64,000 nt of DNA from Balanoglossus misakiensis. Taxonomy: Eukaryota > Animalia > Hemichordata. Position 1 is the stretch's first letter. The number at the start of each line of letters is the position of its first letter. The translations under genes and the position numbers were made by a program. The stretch covers positions 6,390,110 to 6,454,109 of the forward strand of contig CM082584.2 of assembly GCA_040954595.2 (NCBI GenBank), given 5' to 3'. The notes under the pieces are model-generated. The model was not told where the DNA came from, did not search any database, and worked only from the letters and a program-made list of their open reading frames with translations. Shown in pieces: positions 1-12,769 of this stretch.

Positions 1-200
1 CCAAAATGAATAATCGTTCTTTACCATTTATTCATTTTGGGCGAGTTTTTACTCTCATATCCTACAAACGAGATGGAAGTTGTGTGTGGTCGAATATTGA
101 TTCACCATATATCCACATGTCGAATAACATAAACGGCGTCTTGTATCAAACATAATTAATGGAAAACGGCCAGCGAGAGAGAGAGACTTTGTCCCTTTAA
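1..200. mobile_element. MITE family A (long-TIR foldback element, TTAA-flanked, Kolobok-like), right part cut by the window edge
   Basis: Ends GAGAGACTTTGTCCCT|TTAA and closely matches the right half of 4191-4540. Confidence 0.8.
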
Positions 201-361
201 TATCTTTTGACAGTATGGACCGCAGGAATACAATGTCATGAAATTTTCACATGGTGTCCCACTATGGAAACAGGTCATAAACTCCATTACCATTCCGACA
301 TCAAAGTTTCATCTGGGTGTTACCGCTTATGACACCCTCATTTGACTGTACTGATGAATAA

Positions 362-576
362 TACTGTAAACGGTTTATTTTAGCAAGCAATAAAGTTTCG
401 CGAAATACACGAGTAAAAAAAAACGTGAAAACAAAAAATCGCGTACATTTTTTGTGTGGAGATAATGATGCAGTTAGTGAAATACGAGAACGCGAAAATT
501 ACTCCTCGCGTAACAGTTGCTTCTTCTGATATTGCGAAAAAATTTCCTGTCGCGTTAAATAACCCGTTTTACAGTA
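362..576. mobile_element. MITE family B (TA|CTGTAAA...TTTACAG|TA, Tc1/mariner-like non-autonomous element)
   Basis: Terminal inverted repeats with TA flanks. The internal CGCGAAAA-rich body is shared with 10290-10471 and 56871-57081. Confidence 0.8.
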
Positions 577-644
577 AATGACAATAGAATTCCCAGCTCT
601 TGTGTTCTATTTTAATAATACGAAAGCAATCCAGTGATGCCTAC

Positions 645-3600
645 CAGTAGTTTTTAGAGTTGATGCCTGGCAGCTTGATGACGAAGTCGTACGTCCCGTA
701 CGTGTACTTCTCAGTAACCGCCTTCTCGCCGTCCTCATCTGCAGTTATCGTCATGGCAACAGTGCTATCTGGCTGTTCTTTACCCATCTTCGAGGAATTA
801 AAAACATTTCGGGAAAAAAAATTAATGCGCTATATTAATGGGAGAAGTAACTATATGAGTATTTTCATGATGTTCTGCTTGGTCGAGCATGACCTATCAA
901 CACTGCAGTGGCCATGAAAAAAACATAAATTTTAATAATTAGTTATAGCAAAATTGCATGCATGCAGAATAATTGGGTCACTGAATAAATTTATAGCTGA
1001 GTCTAAAACAGGACAGCGTGTTTTACAGCACGTAAACAAATTTTCTCTGAAACTGAAAAATTGTCAAAATAATGTGTCAAAGGATGATATCTTAGCCCTA
1101 AAATTTAGTTGCATATAATTATGTTGTTCAGCCTTTGTGTTGTGGTCATGAGATAAGTATTAGAATTGACGTTTGCACTGGGAATTGACACTTCTATTTG
1201 GAGACACCAATACCTGCAAAAATTTCAGACTTTTTACCAGGTATTATATATATAAACTAATCTTTGAAAATGTCTCCACCAATGAACCTGACAGTCATGG
1301 TTCAGTGGTTTTCAAAAACAGTACATCAAAACTTCATAAAAATACTGAAATTATTATCAACAGTTAGTGTGGCGCAGGTGTCATGAAAATGGCCGACTTA
1401 TTCAAGTAGACATAAATTTGCGAATACTTGCCTTTAACTGCTGGAAGAGTTCAGCTGTGGCGTGAGGGCTTGGGCACCACAGAATCCTCAACTTTGGAAA
1501 ATGTAACGTGAGAAGCGTCAGCTTGGATGAAATGTTCTGATACGAAATCTCCGATCCCAACGAAGTTTTTGACTGAAGCAAGAATAGAAATGAATATAAT
1601 TATATTATCTATTTCCCATTCTTATTTTACTGTACTCCGACTATAATCAAATTGGAGACCACATAATAAATCCATATTAGCCAAAAATTTCCAAAATAAT
1701 GTAATTTTTACAGGCTTGAAGAGATCATAGTAAATATTACACAGTGATCCTAAACAAAGCTAAAACACTCTCCTTTCTCAACTTTGCGAATACTTCACAA
1801 AATTCATTGGTTGTACTCAAAATTAAAACTTTCTCTGATGGTAAAATATAACTATTTCAGTGTGTATTGCAGGAACCAAACCAGTACTTTCACTTTACTT
1901 GCACGGACATGTAACTTAGGGGTTCCCCAAATGACATTTGCAAGCAGGGGAATCAACAACCCCTCCCTAACTGTTAAAAATACTGCAAGTTATTTTCAGG
2001 ATAACTTGTTTTGCTATTCAAAGATGCTGAATTGAACATCTGTGCTTCCATAAAAACATGACTGATTTTAATGGCAGTCGCGCTGCAACGGGACAACGAC
2101 AGCTGGGTTAGAATCATCATGCAGACCATCATGACTGCGTTTCCCACCAATTTTTTTCTTGACTTTTGAGAGATTCTGGATTCGGACCTTTTACGTGCAC
2201 CTATAGCTGGTAGTAGATTCATATTGACAACACCTAATGTGCATTTATCAGACATTACCCAATTTTATGAGTCTCTTGTGTACTACTTCATCATTTCTCG
2301 GAGGAGTGACATTTAAAATCCAATTAATGAAAGTGCACGGGACTAATGAGCAATGCGGACAAATAAGGCAGAAAAATAGTCACTGAGAATTCAGCACAAT
2401 TTGCTTCAACACCTCAAGTTATATTTATCAAAGAGACAAGGGGAATGAACTCCATGGATACAATACACAGACTGATTTGCAAGGTCAAAGCAGTAAAAAG
2501 GTAAATGAGATGTGCCACACACTAATGACAAGTAACAATAGAATGAGACGAGACAAATACAAGAGAATAGGAATGAATAGAGCTCATATATCCAAAACAA
2601 GGCTATGCAGCTTGTATCGCTCAGTGTAAACTACCATGTCAAGGGTAAACCACAAAAGAGTTGATAGTACCTCTCTATTGTACAGATCAAACCAGTGTGA
2701 CTTTCACACCCCTTTTCATATATTTGACGACTGATAACTGTGTGTAGCCTTCGTATCTGACACTGGTCGTGATAATTTTGAACAGATCAATTTATTAATA
2801 ACATTGGCCCTGAAATTCACTCTCTGATGATCTGATTCACATTCACATCTAACGAAAGACCCGGTAATTTATATTTCGCATTTCACAAAAACATGTACAT
2901 CCCCTTTTATCCATTTTCTCCTCTACAAGGTCAAAATACAATACATATATTTTTTTTGCGGGGTGGGGTGTGTTAAGATATCTCTTCAGAAAGATGCTGA
3001 AAACAAGGACCATCATGGTTGAATAATTACTGGCAACTCTGTCTTGGGTTCATTAAGCTGACAGAAGAACCAACTCGTTAGTGATGAAAGAATTAACGTA
3101 AGGAAATGGGGACCTTGTCACACATGTGTGAATCTGCTGCCTACATAATCCTTCACTTCTTCAGACAACACACCAATGACAGACACAGATGATATTGAAT
3201 CACTACAGACAGAAGGGCAGTGAAAAGGAACAGCAAAAGTAATTTGCTTCATCAAACAGACAACTGCGACATTAATTTCCTATCCAGTAAATGAAGCATC
3301 TCAAATGCGAATTGAACTTCCTGGAACCAATGTCATCACACTTTATGAATGGAGCCAAAGCAGTCAAACAACCAAGGAAATTGTTCCGAGGCTGGCATTT
3401 ACCTCATTAGTTTTTAAATTTCCTGTGATCTGTGATTAAAACCCACATTACTTCCTTCTCTTTGAAATCTATGTCTTCTGTCTTCATTTAGATCTGATTT
3501 TAATTCTGTAGAACTGATCATCTTATTTCCTCTACCCCTCTTTACTATTTCCCATTATAAAACTTTGATGTAATATTAATGAATTATGTGTCTAACTTTA

Positions 3601-6600
3601 TTTGAAATCTCACAGTACTACATATACGCATATTTGGCAATTCATATTGGATCAGAGGAGATTATATCTACATTAATAATTCTTTTTGATTCAGTCCTTT
3701 GTTATGTTATTTGTAGACTGTCTTGACATCGCTCTCATATGTACTTCTAAAGACACACTTGGCAGTCTGAGCCCACAGTAAAATGTACCAAATCGCACTG
3801 GTTTGCACTGTATTGGTCTGAGGCTCTTGTATAGGCCCTACTGATTAACACACACTTGGCAGTCTAACGGGCCTGGGAGCCAGGATTCTAGGCACCCTGG
3901 AAATCAAACCAGTTTCAACTGACTTGGCAGCGTTAGGGTTAACACACCCCCCAATGTTTCATGTCATCGTGAGCCCAACTTACCTGCAGAGCAAACGACT
4001 TGTGGGGATCAAATTCAATCAGCAATATCGGCTTGGCGTAATATCTGGACATGGCCGTGCACTGGTTGAACAACCGACCACTGTTCAAAGAACCGATCAA
4101 ATCGCTGATGCTCTTTCTCTCCACACACATGGCTGGGGTCAGAATGTAATCTCCAACCTTCAGATTAGAAAAAAAAAGTTACATTTTTTATTAAAGGGAC
4201 AAAGTCTCTCTCTCGCTGCCCCTTTTCCATTAATTATGTTTGATACAAGACGCTGTTTGTGTTATTCTACATGTAGATATATAGTGAATCAACGTTTGAT
4301 CACACATACATGTAACTTCCATCCCACTTGTATGAAATGAGAGTAAAAACGCGCCAAAAATGAATAAATGGTAGAGACCGATTATTCATTTTGGTGAGTT
4401 TTTTTAATCTCGTGTCTACAAGCGGGATGGAAGGTGTGTGTGGTTGAATATTGATTCACTATATATATCCACATATACCTTACCATGAACGGTGTATAGT
4501 TAATGAAAAAAGAGCAGCAAGAGAGACTTTGTCCCTTTAATTTCTTTGTGCCGTGAAAAACATTTCTGCTGGAAATCAAGCGGTAGCAACATCGCCAGTA
4601 GAGCCCTGTTGAACGCATAACACTACAGGACACAGTAAAAGAATTCATAACTTTCAAAACATCATCAGTTCACACTTCCTATTTATCAGAGGCTCACATT
4701 TTTTTTCACTAATGGTTAAATGTTTGTTTGAAATGGTTTCTCACCTCCAGTGTGATGGGTTCGATGTCGATGCCACGCTTGTGAATCAGGGACGGCAGCT
4801 CGCTACGAAATTCCCGCAAGTCAACAAGAATCTGAAGAGTAAATAACATTCCAACAACATGATAAAGGACTTCAGAGTTAATAACCCAATAATTGGTATT
4901 CAGCTGTGAATATAAAAGTCTAAAAGTTGTCATAGAAAATGAAAGTTTACTCCTAAACTAGTCATATTATGACACTGTAACTACAAGTATCATAATCGTC
5001 AATTTCTCTTTCAAATTTTGTTTGTTGCGCCGTATAAAATGGAGAAACTTAGCTATACTTGTGGTTGTTAACAATTAAAGGATGTACATTATGAAACTAC
5101 ACACTGTCAGATTAAAAGACATAAAAATGCCAAACAAACGAATTATGCAGCACTACCATAGAGGGCGCTTCTCCCAAAATGGCTGGCTTTCAATATACAA
5201 CAAGCCCCTGGTTTCTTTTAGCTGTGCGTGTGCAGTCAAAACAATAGCTTATGGAGGAAACACACCTTCTGTTTTTCTTGTTGATTTGCTTGTCCCCCAG
5301 CTTTTCTGCTGCTTTCGGCATTTGCTGTGAGACTGGCATCTGTGGTATTGTCTGCCCGGTCTTCAATGTCTTCTGGTATGACCAGAGTCTGTGAAATTAG
5401 AAACATGAAAATGAATATCCACAGGCAAGGAATTAATCAGACAGAAGAAAAAAATCGAGACAAGAAAGTTATAAGAGAAATGGCAGTTTAGTTCTTGCTG
5501 TTGGATTTTTTGTTTGCCATTGTTATGGTGTTTTCAACATAATTCTAACAGGCACTTAATGTGTATTCATTTTATAAACTTTCTAGTTCTCCAAGGAATA
5601 TGTACATTTATGAACTTAAAAATCAAATTTAAATTCTGCACTGGGCTCCCTAACTTCTGAGGTATTTCCTCCAAGCCAATCACATTCAGGCTCTGTTAAG
5701 GGCCCACCTAACTCCTCTCCAGTAGACAGCTACTCAGTTGTAAGATCACGTAATTTTAAATGGTGCGCATATTTACCGACTTTTCCCTGATGAGATGTTC
5801 AAACACTTCCATTTCTTTCCTCAGCGATGTCAGATACCGCTGTTCTTCCGTGGAGCCGGAATACACCAGGAAATACACCCTGAGTGGAGTTCCCGGCCGA
5901 CTTGCCTTGTAGGTCTGGAATCAGAATTGGAATGAATTTATGCTAATATATGAATGAGCATTCCCTATAGGGAAAAAAACCCTCCCTGGAGTATAATGGG
6001 TCCTTGTAGGAGTCATAGCTGGTTGGATAACAACATGGTCATCTAATTTAAAAACCTCTGTCGGTTGTTTAACACCACTGTTCCACTCACCTCCAGTTGT
6101 CGGACAAGCTGTACGTCTGAATCATAAAGTATCACGTATCTCGGCTGGACGTCTTTAAGCGTCTTCCTAAAACTGTAAGGATCCCTGATCAAAAAAAAAA
6201 AAAATCAGTATTGTGATTTTAAAAAATCATCATGTCACTCTAACAGTATTTAACAGACAGAAACTCACTTGATCCAAAAATTGAAACTTGAATCTGTCCA
6301 AATAATTTTCCAGAATTTTTTCTGTTTCTTCCTCAATGAACTTTGCATCTGTTGTCCTGACACTCATGGAGTTACCATGGAATGATTTGATTCTGACAGA
6401 CAGTGGATAAATATTACATGCTTACTTGTCTGATATTGGTTGAATGATTGTAAACGGTGATGTCACTACACTGTAGTAGTTCCCGTCAAGCAATGCTGAG
6501 GATTGTGGCCTGTCAGTGTCTTCAACATTTGACTGAGAGACAAAGGAAATGGATTAAAAGTTTAATTAGGCAAATTAGTCTGTGCTTTATATTTGAAAAT

Positions 6601-9600
6601 GGCTACCAATCTATGCGTTAATGCTCATTTTTGTATTCATGGTTCTGACAAGCTTAGATACAGCAAGGATCTACTCTAGAGACTACAAATACTCTTACTT
6701 TGTCTTCATCTTTTTGATATTTCTTTGCGATGTGAGTTAGTGTGATGGTGTCTGAATTCCTTTCATCTTCAGGTTCTGCTTTTCTTTTCTTTCGACTTCC
6801 GCCCTTTCCTTTTGTTTTCTGCTGTTGTTCCTGAATAGCAAAAAACATTACACCTTTTATTGGTATTTTCATATACGAAATAAAATTGAAGAAGAAAATG
6901 TCCATAATTCTAAAATTTACAGATTATTTAGGGTTGACTGTGCACTAGTTGTATGGACTGTATCGTACACACAAGTAAACAATCTATAAAAACTACCTCT
7001 GCAATGAATTGTTCATTATGACAAACCGATTCGTACGTTTTGAGGTACTACACTGTCAGAAATTGGAGTCTTTTTAACCAGTTTATGCAGCAGTGATGTA
7101 GGGCCCTCCACGATGTACTCTTTGAGCTGTGAACATGTTCTCTCGTCGCTAGCCATGATAAGCACACGTCCCGGCCCTAGTCCTGGACAGGGAGACAAAG
7201 TATTGATAGTATTTTACAAAGACCCAAGGCAGTGTAAATCATTGAGTGATGGAGAAATAAAACAATGAAAACACATCGAAATCAGTTCAACTCACAGTAA
7301 AATCTTGCATATGAATTATGAGAAAATGTTTCATCATCCCCATGGAAATCATGTTATGTATGATCAGACTAACAAGGTGGGAAAATGCACACTAGTTTTA
7401 TACTTGCACTGTAATGGCTGGGAAAAACAAATGGTTTTCATAAAATGAACACTGGTGTCACTGCACCTGTTGCACCAGAGCAGGGTGTCAATCTTATACA
7501 AAAATAGCATACCTGTTACATCTTCACTGTTTTCCTTTTCAATTTCTTTCAATACTTCTGATAGGCCCTTCCACTTTGGACTTTCTTCGAGACAGAGTTC
7601 TGAGGAGGGAATCGGACATAATTAATAATCCGGAAGAGTAAGATTTGTTTGTGTAGACCAGTATGCGAGTTCTTTAGCCCCAAATGGCCATATAACACTG
7701 GAGTAGCCCGCATACATCATTTATTTTCCAGCGTGGAACTTTCCTTTCAACACTAGTTCATCATGTGAGATGCATACATGTATCTCTGGCCTGAGATACT
7801 TGCTTTGAAATCAAGAGGTGTGTTCTAAATGTGGCACTAAAATTATGTGGACCAGAAAATAAAGTAATTCACAGTGTGATTGTTCAATAGATGATGAGGG
7901 AAATCAGAAGTTGACACAGGCATTCTCCAATGGTTCTAAAGAGCGGAGACAGACAGAAAAAAAACAATATCATCTGAACAGTGCCTTCATACCTTGAGAA
8001 TCACTGTCTGCAGACTTGCCTTCCACTTTCATCTTCTTGGTTTTCTTGGCGCCGTACACTCGCTGCTTGGCATGCTGAGTACAAACACGATTTAAAAACT
8101 CTCATTTTACAAAAAAAATTCAGTGTTGGTTGATGTGAGAATGTGAAGTTCATGAGTTATATATTCAGCAATCATTTCCCTGCATCTAACTTGGACAATG
8201 CATCTACTCACCATGAACATTGAGTCTGATGAATCCAAGAACAGCCATCCAGAATTCTGCACTAGAGTCTGCTCATTTGACCTGAAAGAATGAAATACCT
8301 CATTCAGCACAATATACCAGTACCATACAAAGTTTTTCATGTTTAAATTATTTATCAAAACAATCTCGTGAGTATCAAAACAATCTCATGATTCCACAGA
8401 TAGAAAGGAGCGACTTAAATTTGAAAACTAAAAATATAACACACTTACCTTAGTGTCTGTAGAAAGTTGTAGAATGTCACACAATCATACTGTGTCAGGT
8501 AACTATGGTAAGAATAGAAAAATAATGTTTAGTTTATATTAAGTATTCATATATTTTTAACAAATCTTTAGAGCATGTATTGCTGACAGAACAGTTTCAT
8601 ATGGGAATTCGTTTTAATACAAAATTTCACACATCATTCAAAATATGTCAATCAAAAACTGTAAACCTTGGAAATGATAACATGAAAGTAGAGATCTTCA
8701 TCACCAAGAATGGCGTTAAAGTTAACAAACACCAACACTTTTTCCTACAATTGTTTCAGTACTTACAAAAGAAGAGTTCTCAAAAGCTTCAAATCACCAA
8801 TCAGTTGCTTGGTTTTGGTACCCTACAGGTTGAGAAAAATGTTGATACAGTTACATTTCCCTTGTAACAAGACAGTACTACAGAAACTAATTCTATGAAC
8901 ATATCAATGTTGCACTTGATCTCAATATTCCCTCAATGTAATTTTGGATGGAGGGAGAAGCAATTGATGTGTGAATAGTGAAAAAATTCACAAATCATGC
9001 AGTTTTGATTGGGTCAAAAAATTTGTACAAACGAATTACTGGTACTTGGTCAAAACTTCATACTACATATTTTAACTGAAATTTCTAATGTTTCATGTAG
9101 TTGACTTACCAGTTGATACCAAATTGGATCTAGCTGCAGCCTGATGATCTGTTCTAGTGACTTCTTGTTGATGGCATTTTCGACTGTTAGTTCATCTATT
9201 TCCAGCTGTGGTGAGAGATGAAAGGTCATGACCAGGTCAAAAGACTTTGGCTCAAATATTTAATTTTTGTCTGGGAAACTCCTCAGGAGTACGAACATAC
9301 ATTTTATTTTTTTCACATTTTGACAAACGAAAATAAGATTTTATAAAACATTTTTATGAACAGTGATAGGCTATAACTTACACTGCGATTGCACTGTTTG
9401 ATCTCCTTGACGACTGCATTCATGATATCCAATATGGCGGTCTGAATGGCTGTCATGGAGGTGCTCATAGGAATTCCCAACTCTATCACTTCTGGCTGAC
9501 AGTGGAAAAGAAAAGATGGAAAAACAGATGAAATCAGAGTCGTTACAACGTGACTGTTCACCAAATCTATTACGATATATCCAACCAAAACTATTTGTTT

Positions 9601-11848
9601 GACAAAATGAAATGCTTTTACACATTATTTTGATGTACACAAGTCAATACATTTTTTATTAAGAAGCACTTTGATGGAAGGGACTCAAAACCAGATTTGC
9701 TTCAGGTGAAGATCTTCAGTACACAGAATGCTGGGGTTACAAAACTACTACGGATAGTTGGATGACACGAAGGCAACTTGAGAAATTCTCCACCAACTCA
9801 CCTTGTGTTTTTCCATACATGCATTCACCTCAGCATGGAATCTTTGAAACGAAATGAAAAGAAAGACTTTGTAAAGTTTAAAAACGTTGTGTGATACATA
9901 CATGTACAGTATTGTATGCATCCAAAACTAAACTCTCACAGATTTTGCTCATAAATATCACTCAAGAAAACCATGTTTCAGAAACAAGAAAACATCTGGA
10001 CACCAATGTAATTTCCCTCCTCACCTAGGCCACAGATACAATTTCCTGACAAACAGGTTCTTCATGACTCTCTCCAAGTGACAGAGTCCCGAGGAGAAGC
10101 ACTGGGGCTGGTCGGAGAACGCCTTGATGAATCCACTCCTGTTTTTCTGCCTGTACAGCCTCAGGATAAACGCCTCTTGACAGGAATCAATGATTCTGTC
10201 GGAGGGGAAAAAAGGTTTTATTACCAATCCAGGTCATCTTTTCACCCTAAGGTTGATTGACAATTAATAAATTTATAATATAAAAAAATCAATGTTTGCG
10301 AAATACAAAAGAGCCAAAATAGCGTGAAAATAAAATGTCGCGTAAATTATTTTTGAAGATAACGGATGCAGTGAATGAAATAAGAGAACGCGAAAATTAA
10401 TACTCGCGAAACAGTGGCCTCTCTCGCTATCGCGAAAATTTCAACTCGTGAAAACAAAGTGTTTTACAGTATGCAAGTCAGCCAAATACCCGAGCTTCAC
10501 TGAATTTAGGGCAGGCCACCATAATGCAAAACTTCTCTGGTGACAGAATTCACCATTTTTGCCAGATGCCAGCCCAAGGATCTGCACAACTTACCTGTGG
10601 GCTTTGTAGACCAGTATACCCGACACTAGATGAGTTGGTACTTTGTCAGTCAGCAAATCCATCACCAGGATTCTGGAGGTGATGAACAACACTCCTCCTT
10701 CCAAGTACACAGATTGTCTGAAATCAAACAACCATACAGTACAATATTAGACTCAGACTCAGACTGCAACTCAAACACTGAACTTCCTAAGTGACTACAG
10801 TATTTGTTCCTGTCGCACCACATACTATATAGGACTATAATTCACCCTTTGACAAACTTCCATTGACTGAAGCAATCTGTCACAGTTTATGAATACAACA
10901 CTGATTTCATGTGTTACAAGTTCCTCACCTGTCATTGGCATTGTATTCATTTGTGATCTGTTTAGGCAGATCCTCTACATCGCGGGTCGTCAACTCTTCC
11001 AAGAAATATTCCTGCAGAAAGAGCAGAGAAAGGAAATCAATGTTTTAGTCATACTGCATGAATCTGTGGATGCTGGTTTTTCAGTGAGCTCCATTTCTTC
11101 AGCTAGAGATGACTATGTAATATACAACACTGCATTGTTACTCTACACCAGGCTTACCTCATCATTTTGTGATGTATTCAACACAAGAACCAAATTCGAT
11201 GGGTTGCAATATAGTTTCAGGAAATTGAGGAAAACCCTGTCCACGCCAAGACCCCTACATAAAATATGGACAAGAATTATATCACCATTAAATTAATTAA
11301 TAATGATTTGACAGGTTTATAAACGTAGAGTATAACCTGATTAGGGTACCATGTAGCCGTGGAAACAGGTATGGGGGGGGGGGGGTCTCATTGATGGGGG
11401 AAATCAGCAGAGACCACGCCCCCAACATGCTGCGTTCAAAATTGTTCAGAAAGTCTTACAAAATTGCCCCCCCCCCCCCCCCCCCGGAACAGAAAGTCTA
11501 TAGTACCGTAGATAGAGGTTTTCCCTGGTATATTGTATGTGGAAGACACATGCGACAAGCCGTTCACACACTATGCGAGGCAAAACATCGAGCTACGGTA
11601 CTGCAGCTACTGTGGTACACATGTCACGTGTAGCAGCAGACAGCAAAACAGCTGACATAGCTGGAAGTAATAGAACTGTGCGCCTGCTAAATTGGTTGGA
11701 CTTGGCAAGTTCATTCAAACGTCACATGTACCTCTTATGTTGTTTGCCAGGTTTACTTCATTAAACCTCCTTACCTTGCCGTTATTAGCAGCCCATCTTC
11801 GTTGAAAGCATCAAGAAACATTTGGCTCTCATACTCGAGAAGCGCCAT
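645..11848 (-). CDS. ERCC4: DNA repair endonuclease XPF (ERCC4), 23 exons in window, 3' end beyond the left edge
   Basis: Phase-consistent exons on the minus strand: 11848-11775, 11254-11158, 11011-10929, 10717-10595, 10195-10025, 9841-9802, 9495-9382, 9205-9110, 8822-8767, 8502-8449, 8281-8212, 8074-7993, 7599-7513, 7182-7037, 6830-6699, 6532-6426, 6184-6091, 5914-5777, 5388-5266, 4831-4745, 4157-3984, 1572-1432, 787-645. Translation starts [28 protein letters not shown]. It contains [41 protein letters not shown], the nuclease motif [40 protein letters not shown] and the start of the HhH2 region ([13 protein letters not shown]). Confidence 0.96.
1426..1434 (-). other. Non-canonical GC 5' splice site (AAG|GCAAGT) of an ERCC4 intron
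   Basis: Exon 1572-1432 ends CAG TTA AAG and is followed by gcaagt. The next exon (from 787, MGKEQPD) needs phase 0, which only the GC site provides. Confidence 0.85.
4191..4540. mobile_element. MITE family A, complete foldback copy of about 342 bp
   Basis: TTAA|AGGGACAAAGTCTCTC...GAGAGACTTTGTCCCT|TTAA. The two halves are near reverse complements. It lies about 34 nt upstream of the acceptor of the ERCC4 nuclease-motif exon. Confidence 0.88.
10290..10471. mobile_element. MITE family B, left-truncated copy
   Basis: AGAGCCAAAATAGCGTGAAAATAAAA...GTGTTTTACAG|TA is near-identical to the corresponding part of 56871-57081. Confidence 0.8.
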
Positions 11849-12769
11849 TTTGGTACCCTTAAGTACGTGTAAATACATGTAGTTTGGAAACCATACTCCC
11901 TAAGAGTACCATCATTGTTAGTCCCGCAGTACACACATTGATTTATATTGTCCATTGTAAAACTGCACAAGCATTTTGTATTCTGAAGTTGGTTGTAGCA
12001 TAGACAGTAGAACACTGTACAACAAGACTTTCATAGAACATTCATTGATGTGTTTTTCAATACAACAGAGTTCAATGACAATCCACGTACGTTCAATTTC
12101 TTATTTATTTTTATTTTCTATTTTTTGCACATTTGAAGTACATGTAGATTTCATTTGTGCCATCCATTATAATCGTTTTCGAAGTCCAAGTAAAATTTTC
12201 TATTGAAGTACATCTGTATGTTTTCTCATTTTTCTGATAAAATTGTGATGTCCCTTTTTTCAAAAGCCAGACAATTCTGGTTTTTCAAGCAGCTAAAAGG
12301 ACAATTCTGATTGGCAGATTGCTCCCTGACCTCACAATTCAGATACTGAACAGCCAACTGGGTGATGCCTTTTTAAATATGTATAAATTTTACATAAATA
12401 CTTTTCTTCTCGCAAAGCCAAGAAATACCATCACTCTTGTGGCAAGTCACCGTTCAAATGAATGTCATAATCCATGTTTCAGTCTTGTTTTATTTTAAGC
12501 ATCATTTTTCCACTTTTTGAACATCAAAAATGACAAAAAGTAATAGCCAGTACAAATATGCAAGACAGAAATGCACGCAATGGTCAATGTACAAGTACTT
12601 CTGTGAGATGTTCTTTGAATATATCAGGTAAAATATTCAAAGCCAAGTACATTCTTGCATACAAGCCTTGTGTGTGCAACATAAATAAAGGGGCCAAATA
12701 TCAGCAATCTTGTCAACAAGAGCTATTCAGAGTTAAAATTAGCCACTGTGAAGTTCTGATAATCCTGTC

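Noticed and set aside
11373-11485. Poly-G and poly-C tracts in ERCC4 intron 1 that could pair or form a G-quadruplex
   Set aside because: Simple homopolymer runs also occur elsewhere (44111, 56727, 60600), and nothing specific indicates function.
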